Notes under the pieces: model-generated | The model's database searches: none | Seen by the model: the letters and a program-made list of their open reading frames with translations, nothing else | Told to the model about the DNA's origin: nothing | Part shown: positions 48,423 through 57,894 of the stretch, piece after piece | How positions within the stretch are numbered: position 1 is the first letter of the stretch | How the letters are laid out: each line of letters starts with the position of its first letter | Source: Microgenomates group bacterium Gr01-1014_5 | GTDB taxonomy: Bacteria; Patescibacteriota; Microgenomatia; UBA8517; UBA10165 | DNA length: 64,000 nucleotides | Reading direction: 5' to 3' | NCBI GenBank assembly: GCA_007376395.1 | Contig: VMGE01000006.1 | Span: 2,812-66,811, forward strand | Program-made: the position numbers and the translations under genes

Positions 48423-49718
48423 TTAAATTTTCTTTTTTACTAATTCTAAAAATGTTTTTGGGAAAGAGGTGACAGACGGCAAAACGCCAAGACTTTTCCA
48501 AATCACCAAAGTAGATATTAACAAAACTAAAACCTCTGTTGCAACGGTTGCATATGCCGCCGCTGTAAACGAGTATTGCCGGACAAACATTAAATTGACT
48601 AAAACATTAAAACTAAGTGCGGTAAGGGCTATTGCTAGTGAGATTTTTTGACGTCCTGCGGCAATGAGCGAAAATCCCGTTAAGTGGTTAAAATACGCAA
48701 TAAAAGCCGCAACGCTTAATATTCTTAAGACTCCGGTTGCCGGGTTATTTGCAGAGCCGGCAAGGATTCCGACGATTACAGGTGCAAAAATAAAAATTAG
48801 TAAAAACGCCGACAGGGCAAATAGTAATAGTAAGTCGAAGGCTTTTTGATAATAAATCGCAATCTTGTTTGATTTTTCGGCAAACTCCCGGGCCAAATGG
48901 GGGAATATGGCGTTCATTAAAAATGCCGCTCCCAGGACTGCGTTGTCGTAAACTTTATACGCCAAGGCATAAGGAGCGACTTCTGCGTTCCCTTGAAAAT
49001 ACTGCAGAATAACGATATCAATACGGTTGTAAAGAGAAAAGGTAATAAGCAGTGCTCCTGTGGGAATAGCCGCCGAAGAGACAGACTTAATAATTTTCCA
49101 GTCAAGCGTCCAGTTTATCCGGGAAACTTTTCCAGCTAAAAACATGCCAATTACCCCAACGACAATAGTTGCCAAAACCCAGGCAAACATTATGAAATTT
49201 AAATTTACAGGGGAGAGATAGACAAACAACAGAACCAGAATCAGAAAAACCAAGGATGCTAAAAAATCAACAACTGCCGACAGTTCAAGACGGAAAAGGG
49301 TTTGAAAAATCATTTGCGCAGAAGTTTTAAATGATAAAAAAAGCAAGACAAAAGAGGCGATTGTTGTTGGGGTAATCAGGTTTTGCCAAGCAGGGTTAGC
49401 GCGAACAAAGACGTTGACAAGCAGAAAACTAACAACAGCTAAAACAAAACGGAAAATAATTAAACTGCCAAAAATCTCGGGTTGTTTTTCTTTTTCTTGG
49501 GACGCTTGTTTGACGGTAATAATATTTGTACCCCAGTCTGAGATATGAGCAAAGAGGAGTACTAAAGCAGATATAAAAGAGTAAGCGCCAAACCCATCGT
49601 CTTTTAATAATCGGTATAAAACAGCCGTTAAAACAACCGAGACAAGAACCGTACCAAGCCTGCTTAATCCTTGGGCGAGAGTATTTTTCAAGACACCGGA
49701 AAAAACTTGCATTACCAA
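48423..49718 (-). CDS. oligosaccharide flippase (Wzx/MOP superfamily, polysaccharide biosynthesis protein)
   Basis: 431 aa, ~12 TM, with the Wzx-like N-terminus. Confidence 0.65.
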   Translation of the reverse strand: MVMQVFSGVLKNTLAQGLSRLGTVLVSVVLTAVLYRLLKDDGFGAYSFISALVLLFAHISDWGTNIITVKQASQEKEKQPEIFGSLIIFRFVLAVVSFLLVNVFVRANPAWQNLITPTTIASFVLLFLSFKTSAQMIFQTLFRLELSAVVDFLASLVFLILVLLFVYLSPVNLNFIMFAWVLATIVVGVIGMFLAGKVSRINWTLDWKIIKSVSSAAIPTGALLITFSLYNRIDIVILQYFQGNAEVAPYALAYKVYDNAVLGAAFLMNAIFPHLAREFAEKSNKIAIYYQKAFDLLLLFALSAFLLIFIFAPVIVGILAGSANNPATGVLRILSVAAFIAYFNHLTGFSLIAAGRQKISLAIALTALSFNVLVNLMFVRQYSFTAAAYATVATEVLVLLISTLVIWKSLGVLPSVTSFPKTFLELVKKKI

Positions 49719-49836
49719 TACAGGATATATGATTCTAGGACGATTGGGGAGTACCGTCTAAAAAATTACCCGCGGGGCTTTACCCCGTTAGAAGCCTAAT
49801 TTCTCGAGAGACTGGCAAGAACAGACCCCTTTGTTT

Positions 49837-50298
49837 CTAACGGGGCTTTACCACTAAATGCCGCTCTCTTCCTTCGCCTTCTGATTCGGTGATTATTTGC
49901 GGGTCTTCTGACAAAACCATGTGTACGAAGCGCCTTTGTGAAGAAGTTAGGTCGTAAATCGTATAAGGGTCTCCGGTTTGTTTAACACGTTCCGCGGCCT
50001 GCTCAGCCATGCTTTTTAACATCTCCTGTTGTTTGGTTCTGTAATCTCCGGTGTCCACCAATACTCTTTGCCATTCTCCGGTTTGCCTTTGCAGAATTTG
50101 CCCCAAGACAACTTGAAAAGCAGAGATTGTTTCGCCGTGCCTGCCAATCAAAATCCCTGCATCGTCGGTTGTAATATTTACCGACAAAGCCTCGTTTTCT
50201 TTATCCTCGCCAACCACAACACTCCCCTTAACGCCTAGTAAATCCAGGAGTTTTTGGGCTGTCTTTTTAATTTCGGTTTTGCTGTCCTTTGCCGCCAT
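49837..50298 (-). CDS. jag: RNA-binding protein Jag/KhpB (KH + R3H domains)
   Basis: GVKGSVVV...LSVNITTDDAGILIGRHGETISAFQ (KH) and YTIYDLTSSQRRFVHMVL (R3H). It sits at the end of the rnpA-yidC operon. Confidence 0.8.
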   Translation of the reverse strand: MAAKDSKTEIKKTAQKLLDLLGVKGSVVVGEDKENEALSVNITTDDAGILIGRHGETISAFQVVLGQILQRQTGEWQRVLVDTGDYRTKQQEMLKSMAEQAAERVKQTGDPYTIYDLTSSQRRFVHMVLSEDPQIITESEGEGRERHLVVKPR

Positions 50299-50366
50299 TA
50301 TGAGGATTTTATGGCAAATCTAAGTAGTATGCAATACAAGATGCCATACAATAGATCTGTCAAGAT

Positions 50367-51161
50367 CTATTTTACCAGATTTAGGCGTGTAAGCCAAGGG
50401 GTAAGGCCTCCCCAGCCAGAAGCGTAATATTGCTGGATAGTTTGAGCTAAAGAAAGAGCTGTCCAATAAAGCACTAAACCTGAAGCAAAACTAACACCCA
50501 CAAAAAGTGTCATTAGAGGAAAAAGGTAAAGCGCTTGTTTTTGGAATGACGCCATCATATCGTCGGTTCCTTCTTTTGTTTTCTTGGCTATCTTTTCCGC
50601 CTTTTTAATTTCTGGCATCATTATTAAAGCAGACAAAAATTGCACGATTGCTGAGAAAATAAGGAGCGGTCCTGGGAGGGGAATAGGCAAACCGGGAACC
50701 CGGAAAACATCGGGCTGGGTTAAATCCAGATAAAAAAACTTAGTCTGAACAGGTTCGCTCAAATGCAATCCTGAATAAGCAAACTTGTTTAAACTTTCTG
50801 TTGGATTGCTTGTCGCAAACATGCCAAACACGCCAACTAAGGCAAACAACACTACCAGTTGGATTATCTGCGGCAAACAGCCGGCCGCCGGATTTACGCC
50901 GTGCGTTTTATAAAGATCGGCCTGCGCCTGCATTAGTTTTGTCTTATCACCCTTGTGGCGTATTTTTAACTTTTCCAACTCTGGGGCCAGTTCTTTCATT
51001 CTTTGCATGGCTTTCATTGATGGATGGGTTAGGGGAAGCATAATTAGTTTTATAGCAACCGTGAGGGTAATAATTGCCCAACCTAAACTGCCGGTCAGTT
51101 GGTAAAACACCAAAAGACCGTTAACAAGAGGACCGACAAATATGGTTTGCCAAATATTCAT
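50367..51161 (-). CDS. yidC: membrane protein insertase YidC (short form)
   Basis: 264 aa with YidC/Oxa1 core motifs (...KMKELAPELEKLK..., PLQ...). Confidence 0.85.
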   Translation of the reverse strand: MNIWQTIFVGPLVNGLLVFYQLTGSLGWAIITLTVAIKLIMLPLTHPSMKAMQRMKELAPELEKLKIRHKGDKTKLMQAQADLYKTHGVNPAAGCLPQIIQLVVLFALVGVFGMFATSNPTESLNKFAYSGLHLSEPVQTKFFYLDLTQPDVFRVPGLPIPLPGPLLIFSAIVQFLSALIMMPEIKKAEKIAKKTKEGTDDMMASFQKQALYLFPLMTLFVGVSFASGLVLYWTALSLAQTIQQYYASGWGGLTPWLTRLNLVK

Positions 51162-51201
51162 AAGTTAGGTTGTAGGGAATAGGGTATAGCGAATAAAGAT
51201 C

Positions 51202-51405
51202 TTATCTACAATTCAATATTCTAACTAATCCCAAACTTAATCCTTTAGTTATTCCGTTTTTTTTGACTGCCTCATATGTATATTGCGAACAAGTAGGGAA
51301 GTGGCGGCACACTGGGCGGCCAAAGACCAGAAACCTGCCCAACCCGGTGTCAAACGATAAATACTTTTGATATAGCCTAATTAAAAATAATACAATTTTT
51401 GACAT
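51202..51405 (-). CDS. yidD: membrane protein insertion efficiency factor YidD
   Basis: ...FGRPVCRHFPTCSQYTYEAVKKNG... Confidence 0.8.
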   Translation of the reverse strand: MSKIVLFLIRLYQKYLSFDTGLGRFLVFGRPVCRHFPTCSQYTYEAVKKNGITKGLSLGLVRILNCR

Positions 51406-51412
51406 ACAAAAA

Positions 51413-51745
51413 TTAAGACACTTTCGTTAAAACTTCCCGGGCGTCTTTGTTTAAAACCCCGTGTGTTTGCAGATTTGCCTGAGGTTTGGCCAAAAACACC
51501 CCAAGTATACCACTTGGGAGATTTTCCAACATTTCTTGGGCTGCGGCACGTGCGGCCCGCCTTATCTTATTTCTCTCTACAGCTTTTTTTGAAATTTTGT
51601 TTGAAACAATCATACCCACCCTTTTTTCCGGCTTTTCTGTGATTATGTAAGAGAACGCATAATATTTTGTGTGTTGAATTTTACCCTGCTTTAACACAGT
51701 TTGAAAATCAGCTTTAAGAGTTAAACGGTTTTTTTTAGGAAGCAT
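51413..51745 (-). CDS. rnpA: ribonuclease P protein component
   Basis: 110 aa with ...NKIRRAARAA... in a conserved position after rpmH. Confidence 0.8.
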   Translation of the reverse strand: MLPKKNRLTLKADFQTVLKQGKIQHTKYYAFSYIITEKPEKRVGMIVSNKISKKAVERNKIRRAARAAAQEMLENLPSGILGVFLAKPQANLQTHGVLNKDAREVLTKVS

Positions 51746-51746
51746 T

Positions 51747-51884
51747 TCAAGAGGAGAGTTTTTTTCGGCCGACCTTGCGCCTGCTTTTTAAAACCCGGCG
51801 GCCGTTCTTTGTTTTCGAGCGCGCGCGATATCCAAGAGCTCTCTTGCGGGATATCTTTTTTCCTTTAAAGGTTCTCTTTGGCAT
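51747..51884 (-). CDS. rpmH: 50S ribosomal protein L34
   Basis: The reverse complement translates [45 protein letters not shown]. It is below the ORF-track size cutoff. Confidence 0.85.
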   Translation of the reverse strand: MPKRTFKGKKISRKRALGYRARSKTKNGRRVLKSRRKVGRKKLSS

Positions 51885-52087
51885 ATCTCTCCAATTTTAC
51901 ATCTTTAAACAAAACTAATGCAACCTTAAACACGCCTTTCGTATATTTTCGGGGTTGACGCCATTGTGGATAACTTATATATTAGTGTATAGTTTTTAGT
52001 TGTTAGCGGATAGGCTCCTACCCCATACTTCCTGTCTAATTTTATAGTCTCCTACAACCTAAACGCTATTAGCTAAAACCTAAAAAC
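51885..52087. other. rpmH-dnaA divergent intergenic region, candidate oriC part 1 (perfect DnaA box TGTGGATAA at 51965..51973)
   Basis: AT-rich region with one consensus DnaA box between the divergent rpmH and dnaA genes. Confidence 0.45.
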
Positions 52088-53476
52088 ATGGACACTCAAA
52101 AACTTTGGAAAGATGTACTTGAAACAATTAAAGTTTCTGTTTCGGGAGCTAACTATTCTACTTGGTTGTCCCAAACTTTTATTATTTCAGTCAAACCAGT
52201 AGGAGAAACAGGTCTACCTGCCGATAGGCAGGTCGTCGAAATCGGCTGTCCAAACGCTTTTATTGCCGACGGGTTGGAAAAAAGGTATTTTACGCTTATC
52301 CAAGACTCTCTAAACCAGGTTACGGGTATAAAAAACGAGGTAGTCTTCAGTGTTCAACAAATCCAAAATGAAACAAAAAAAACAATTGAGTCTCCTTTGT
52401 TTTCCCAAAATTTACAAAGTGAAGAAAAATCTTTAGAAGACGATTTAAAAAAAGCACGAATCCGCCCAGGGTTTACTTTCGAAAACTTTGCCGTCTCCTC
52501 GTCAAACCAAATGGCCCACGCCGCGGCCGATGCTGTTTCTAAAAACATCGGGAACGCCTACAACCCTTTGTTTTTTTGGGGAGGAGTGGGTATAGGAAAA
52601 ACCCATTTAATGCTGGCAATAGGCAACTATTTTTTGCGCCACAATCCTGACGGAAAGGCACTTTACGTTATGGGTGAAGAATTTACAACAGAGATTGTAG
52701 AAGCCATTAGAAATAAAAATACACAAGAGTTCAAAAAAAGATACCGCAGTTTAAAGCTTTTAATGCTTGACGATGTACAATTTATCGCTGGAAAAGAAAA
52801 GGTGCAAGAAGAATTTTTTCACACCTTCAACACTATTCTGCGCGAAGGGGGACAGGTGGTATTAACTTCTGACCGGCCTCCAACAGAAATTCAAAAATTA
52901 GAAGACCGCTTAAGAAACAGGTTTGAAGCAGGGATGATTGTCGACATTTCTCCTCCTGATTTTGAGTTAAGAACGGCGATTTCTTTAATTAAAGCCCAAC
53001 AAAAGGGGATGATGTTAGACATGGATGTGGCCCAAGCCATCGCCGCCAACATAGACAACCCGCGCAAAATCGAGGGTTTTTTGACAAGACTACTTGCCGA
53101 AACCAATAGTTTTAAAGAAAAGATTACGATAGAGCTTGTTAATAAAATCTTAGGGAAAACAAACGGCGTCTTAATTACTCCCCAAAGAAAAGCAACACTG
53201 CCGCAAGAGCTCATCGACGCTGTTTGTGATTATTTTTCTTTAGGAAAAAGAAAACTCCTTAGCGATACACGCACGCGTCCCGTTGCCCACCCGCGGCAAA
53301 TCCTTATGTATCTCTTACGTGTTGAACTTGGCCTGCCTTTACAAGAAGTTGGTAGGCTTGTTGGAGGACGCGACCACACCACCGTTATGCACGCTGTGGG
53401 CAAGATATCTACAAACTTATCCACAAACGGCGGGTTGAGGGATGATATTTTGGGGATAAAAAAATACATTTCTTGA
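52088..53476 (+). CDS. dnaA: chromosomal replication initiator DnaA
   Basis: AAA+ Walker A GGVGIGKTHL, box VII, and a C-terminal DNA-binding domain. Confidence 0.95.
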   Translation: MDTQKLWKDVLETIKVSVSGANYSTWLSQTFIISVKPVGETGLPADRQVVEIGCPNAFIADGLEKRYFTLIQDSLNQVTGIKNEVVFSVQQIQNETKKTIESPLFSQNLQSEEKSLEDDLKKARIRPGFTFENFAVSSSNQMAHAAADAVSKNIGNAYNPLFFWGGVGIGKTHLMLAIGNYFLRHNPDGKALYVMGEEFTTEIVEAIRNKNTQEFKKRYRSLKLLMLDDVQFIAGKEKVQEEFFHTFNTILREGGQVVLTSDRPPTEIQKLEDRLRNRFEAGMIVDISPPDFELRTAISLIKAQQKGMMLDMDVAQAIAANIDNPRKIEGFLTRLLAETNSFKEKITIELVNKILGKTNGVLITPQRKATLPQELIDAVCDYFSLGKRKLLSDTRTRPVAHPRQILMYLLRVELGLPLQEVGRLVGGRDHTTVMHAVGKISTNLSTNGGLRDDILGIKKYIS

Positions 53477-53481
53477 TAAAT

Positions 53482-53604
53482 TATGGATAACTTTAAGAGT
53501 TATGAACAGGGAGTTCAAATGGTTAACATTTTTATACAGAAATTGTGCTTCTTGCTTTCAACAATAAAAAAGGCGAAAATCAAAGCTGTTGTCCACTTGT
53601 CCAC
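53482..53604. promoter_or_regulatory. DnaA-box cluster in the dnaA-dnaN intergenic region (candidate oriC part 2)
   Basis: TATGGATAA (53482-53490), TTGTCCAC (53588-53595) and TTGTCCACA (53596-53604), each one mismatch from TTATCCACA, in a 255-nt AT-rich spacer. Confidence 0.5.
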
Positions 53605-53731
53605 ACAACACTACTACAACTACTAGTTAATAATACAGTGAATAGGAAGTAACAAACAGCAAGTAGAAAATCGAATATCTATAATATATTGACCGTAAAC
53701 CCTATAAACTGTACGCTATGCGCTAAGAGCT

Positions 53732-54835
53732 ATGAAAGTAAAAGTTTTACAAGAAGATTTACTAAAAGGTTTAAGTTGTGTCTCGCGTTTTGTTTCAGTA
53801 CGGGCACAGCTTCCTGTTTTGTCAAACATTCTTCTAAAAGCCGAGAAAGGGAAACTTAAACTAGGAGCTACAAATTTAGAAACGGGAATTGTTTTTGAGG
53901 TAGGCGCAAAAGTAGAAGAAGACGGACTACTTACCGTACCTGCAAAAGTTTTACTCGAACTAACGGCTAATTTACCCCCAGGACAAATCACTCTATCCTC
54001 AGAACAAGAGCAGTTAAAAGTGTCTTCTGGTTCGTTCCAAGCCCAACTATCCGGAATTTTAGCTTCTGAATTTCCTTCCATTCCAGACAAACTAGACCAC
54101 ACAGATTTCACCATCTCTGGAGATGTATTGCAGTTAATTAATAAACAAGTGGTCTTTGCCGCGGCCCAAGATGACTCTAGGCCTATTTTAACCGGAGTTC
54201 TGTTTAAATTTTCTGAAGATAATTTAAGAGCTGTAGCCACAGACGGATTTAGGCTTTCATCCAAAGAGCTCGTTTTTAAAAAAATAGCCGCAGACAAAAA
54301 AACCTTACTTGTACCAGCCAAACTTTTAGACGAGCTCTACAAAATAGTAGGAGGACAGGAGATAAAAGTCGCACTCATGGAGCGCGAAAAACAAATAATG
54401 TCAGAAGCCGAGTCTTTGGTGCTTACGGGGAGGCTTTTGGAAGGGGACTACCCGGATTTTGAAAGAATTATCCCCAAAAACACTCCTCATAAAGCAAGCG
54501 TCGACAGGGAGGCTTTTGTCCGTGCTATACGCGCAGCGGCTGTTTTTGCCCGTGAGGCCTCCGGTATTATTAAATTGGTCATGGAAAAAGACAAGATTAT
54601 AGTTGTCGCCGAAAGTCCTCAATACGGTCGTGAAGAGTCGGAAGTAGAGGCGAGGGTTGAAGAGGGAGGAATTACAATAGCTTTTAACTACCGCTATATA
54701 CTTGATTTTTTAAATTCAGTCACCGGTCAGGAAATATCAATAGAAACCGAAGGGCCAACAGCACCTGGTGTTTTTCGCGACACAAAAGACCCGTCTTATC
54801 TTCATTTGATTATGCCGTTCAAGATTCAAAACTAA
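53732..54835 (+). CDS. dnaN: DNA polymerase III beta sliding clamp
   Basis: 367 aa, MKVKVLQEDLLKGL... with a three-domain beta-clamp layout. Confidence 0.9.
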   Translation: MKVKVLQEDLLKGLSCVSRFVSVRAQLPVLSNILLKAEKGKLKLGATNLETGIVFEVGAKVEEDGLLTVPAKVLLELTANLPPGQITLSSEQEQLKVSSGSFQAQLSGILASEFPSIPDKLDHTDFTISGDVLQLINKQVVFAAAQDDSRPILTGVLFKFSEDNLRAVATDGFRLSSKELVFKKIAADKKTLLVPAKLLDELYKIVGGQEIKVALMEREKQIMSEAESLVLTGRLLEGDYPDFERIIPKNTPHKASVDREAFVRAIRAAAVFAREASGIIKLVMEKDKIIVVAESPQYGREESEVEARVEEGGITIAFNYRYILDFLNSVTGQEISIETEGPTAPGVFRDTKDPSYLHLIMPFKIQN

Positions 54836-55431
54836 TAACCGTCGGGAGAAAAATCAATTGTTAAGTCTTTCCCCCAAACTGCTAAAAATTGCTCCATAGT
54901 TTGAGGGGAGAAATACCAGGACTCGTAAATTAAACCAGAATCTTCATGAGCAACAACGACAACTCCGCGCCCTGCCCAAACATAAGTTTTAAAACCAACG
55001 CTTTTATGCTCTCCCCAAAACTCTCTCTCTGAAGGTCCGTATTTTTGCCGGAACGAGGCGATGTTTCCATTTCCTAAAATACGGTCTTTAATAAGAACAG
55101 TACTTGTTCCTGAGAATAAAACCTCATGCTCTGGTCCGTCGCTTTGGCTAGGGTAGAGAAACTTAAGATAATCTCCTTCAGGCACTACTGTTTTAGGCTC
55201 TCCTAGTTTTTGCCTGACCTGTTCTGTCGTTGTTGTTCCGGGAGTTATTTCGTTCCAGGAGGGTGTAGGAGGCGGCGTGGGGGTTTGAACCATTTCTTGC
55301 GGTTTAGAAAGAAAGATTTTTGCCAAGACGACAATCGTAGCCATAAAAGCCAAAAGAATCAGGAGCCAATTTCTTTTTAAAAAACTGGGCTTTTTTTGTT
55401 CGGTACTTTGGTTTTGAAAAGTGTTTTCCAT
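54832..55431 (-). CDS. membrane-anchored hypothetical protein
   Basis: N-terminal TM and a Pro/Thr linker. It overlaps the dnaN stop by 4 nt (convergent). Confidence 0.4.
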   Translation of the reverse strand: MENTFQNQSTEQKKPSFLKRNWLLILLAFMATIVVLAKIFLSKPQEMVQTPTPPPTPSWNEITPGTTTTEQVRQKLGEPKTVVPEGDYLKFLYPSQSDGPEHEVLFSGTSTVLIKDRILGNGNIASFRQKYGPSEREFWGEHKSVGFKTYVWAGRGVVVVAHEDSGLIYESWYFSPQTMEQFLAVWGKDLTIDFSPDGY

Positions 55432-56120
55432 TAATCTTGTTGTCCAAAAATATTATTACGGGCAAATTGATAATGTAAAGGCCACTTGTTTGGCATTTCG
55501 AAAATGTTAGTTGCGCCTAAAAACTTAAATTCGCGTCTGATAATGTAAAGACCTATTGTTTCGGCAAAATCCTCGTCGATAATGTTAATATTGTTTAGAT
55601 ATTTACTTGGGTAAGTAGGAAGGATACCTTCTTTAATTGTAGCTCCTGAGTTTGCAAAACCAGAAAAAGCAACAGCTCCGTCTACTTTTGCATATACGTG
55701 AGCAGACTCGTGAGAAAGCGTGTAAGACAGCTGGTGAATGCCCGCAAATGCTTTGTCGAACAAATAAATATCCTTTCCGATGACGTGCCCGCTTTCTCCT
55801 TCCTTAGCGACAGTGCCTCTAAACACCCTAATTGCCCCTTGGTTGCAAAGAGTTGCTGTGTATGTTTTGTATTGAGCTATTCTAGCGGCCGCGGCTGCTA
55901 CCTCGGCTTTATCTTCAGGCGTCCACCCCTTACCTCCTTCCGCAAAAGTGAAGCACCCTATCGGAGGGTTTCCGATAATTACCGTAGCTGTTTTCGAAGT
56001 AGACTCTCCTGAAGGGCCGTCTTCGACGTCAGCCGTAACCGTAACTTTGTGGCAATGTGTGATTTCCCGTGCTGGGTTCTGGGGGGTTGTTTTTGCCATA
56101 CACAGAGAATTTTTCAGCAA
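55431..56120 (-). CDS. hypothetical protein with HExxH motif (putative metallopeptidase-like)
   Basis: Contains LSHESAHVYAK. An alternative start MAKTTPQ lies at 56099. Confidence 0.4.
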   Translation of the reverse strand: MLKNSLCMAKTTPQNPAREITHCHKVTVTADVEDGPSGESTSKTATVIIGNPPIGCFTFAEGGKGWTPEDKAEVAAAAARIAQYKTYTATLCNQGAIRVFRGTVAKEGESGHVIGKDIYLFDKAFAGIHQLSYTLSHESAHVYAKVDGAVAFSGFANSGATIKEGILPTYPSKYLNNINIIDEDFAETIGLYIIRREFKFLGATNIFEMPNKWPLHYQFARNNIFGQQD

Positions 56121-56245
56121 GGCGGATATTTTTCAGGTTTTTCTCTTTGGCGGTAACAGTAATGGTGTATTTAACTTCTGCCGGTAAAGCGCTGTTTGGC
56201 AGGCTAACGGGTTCTGCTGTTTTTGTAACAGCAATGTATTTTGAT

Positions 56246-57889
56246 TCAGGAACCATACCAAGAGAAGTGTTTTCTTTGAGGAAGATTCCGTGGAATAGGG
56301 TGATGGCAAAAAACACCAAAAAGGCAAGAATGGCAAAAAACAATAGCCGTCCCGACAGGTCCAAGAGTAACGCCCGCAACCTTGGCAACCAAAAGACCGA
56401 CATTTTTAAGTACACCACCGGCGTGTTTGAGTTGAGCAAGTGCCAAAGATGCGCTTGCCCCCCCTGCCGCAATTGCCATAGGTGTGGGTAGGAACGGAAT
56501 GCTTGCCGCCAGAGCTCCGGACATTGACCAGCGCAGCCAGCCAATGTTGGGGTTAGTAAACAACTGGCGCAGTTTTATCGAGAGGGAGGAGAGGAGGTTT
56601 TGCCGTATCCTTTTAGCCTCTTGTCCAGCAAAGCGTGTTGCTTGTTCTGCCGCAAAACCTTTTTCTTCTAAGGTTTGCCTTAAATGCCCGGGAAGCGACG
56701 AGATTAAGCTTTCTTTAGTCTCTCTTCGTTTTTCAAGGCTCTGGGTTGTTTCGTTAAATTCAAGCCTTTGTACTTGGTCTGCCACCTCGTCTAAGTTTTG
56801 GAGCGCCTGTTCTAAGTTTTCAGGAGTGACGAAATCAACACTTTCGAGCGCTATACCCGTCTCGATTAATTGCTCAACCCTGTTTTCTATTGCCTGGAAA
56901 ATTGTGGAATACTTCCGGTAGTTTTGCGGTTCGTCCGTTTTAATCCTTGCAAGTTCTGATCTAATTAACTGTAAACTGTCCTGCGTTGGGTCTTTTTGTT
57001 TACCAAACCAGGAAAAAGGCGAAAGTTGCCCGGCAAAAGTTCTCCAATACGGCTGTCCCCGGTATATAAGATAAAGATGTTCTTGTTGTCTCGATGCTTG
57101 GCGCTCCTCTTGTTTTTCCGGTTGTTGGTCTTCTTCTCGTGTTTGCGCCCGGATTGGCCTTGGGGTTTTGACATACGGTGAAGGAGTGCTCGACGGCGCA
57201 GTTTGCAGGCGCTCTGTGATTTGTTCGACTTGGGCACGGGTAACAATGGCGCCGCGCCTGGAGAGAAAAGTTTCAACTCTTTCTTGTAAGGCTTGCGGGC
57301 TTAAAACCAGTCCCTCACCTGTTGTTAGTTTGACGTATTGGTTAATTTGCTCGGCTGTTTGTTTGGCGATATTTTCCTCAACACCCGCCTCACGGATTAT
57401 AGCCTCAATGTTTTTAAGGCTGTCTTGCTCGGCAAAATCTGCAATACGGTCTCCTAGAGCCTCTTCCGGCAGATCTGGGCGAATAGGAATAAGAGAAGGG
57501 CTTTCTCTTTGGTAGACAACCGCTTCGGTTTTAAGCCGGGCAAGGTTTTCTTTAATTTGCAGGGCTTGATGCTCGCGCCAGCTTGTATCGTGGAGAGCTT
57601 TTTCGCGCAGAAATTTCTCATGGCTTTCGATAAGAATTTTTAACTGATCGGCGTTGGGGACTGCGGCAGTTGGTAGCGCCTGCTCATTTAAACTTGCGAG
57701 GCTCTCAAGCCGGTCCAGAACAACCCCGATCTCGTTGGTGTTGAAATAAAGCTGGCCATAAGCCGTCAAAAGTTTTTGGTAATTTGCCAAAGTAAAACCT
57801 TCGACCTCTTCCTTGTTAAAACGGGTGAACTGCTGGTAATTATTTAAGAGCTCGCGGGCGATGTTTGGAGTGAGGATTAAATTGTCCAT
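56246..57889 (-). CDS. large coiled-coil protein with hydrophobic C-terminus, associated with the T4SS-like cluster (VirB6/TrbL-like role possible)
   Basis: About 440 aa of helical, charged sequence then hydrophobic segments. Its 3' end overlaps an alternative-frame hydrophobic ORF (56029..56544) near an A6 run at 56331-56336. Confidence 0.4.
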   Translation of the reverse strand: MDNLILTPNIARELLNNYQQFTRFNKEEVEGFTLANYQKLLTAYGQLYFNTNEIGVVLDRLESLASLNEQALPTAAVPNADQLKILIESHEKFLREKALHDTSWREHQALQIKENLARLKTEAVVYQRESPSLIPIRPDLPEEALGDRIADFAEQDSLKNIEAIIREAGVEENIAKQTAEQINQYVKLTTGEGLVLSPQALQERVETFLSRRGAIVTRAQVEQITERLQTAPSSTPSPYVKTPRPIRAQTREEDQQPEKQEERQASRQQEHLYLIYRGQPYWRTFAGQLSPFSWFGKQKDPTQDSLQLIRSELARIKTDEPQNYRKYSTIFQAIENRVEQLIETGIALESVDFVTPENLEQALQNLDEVADQVQRLEFNETTQSLEKRRETKESLISSLPGHLRQTLEEKGFAAEQATRFAGQEAKRIRQNLLSSLSIKLRQLFTNPNIGWLRWSMSGALAASIPFLPTPMAIAAGGASASLALAQLKHAGGVLKNVGLLVAKVAGVTLGPVGTAIVFCHSCLFGVFCHHPIPRNLPQRKHFSWYGS

Positions 57890-57894
57890 TGTTC

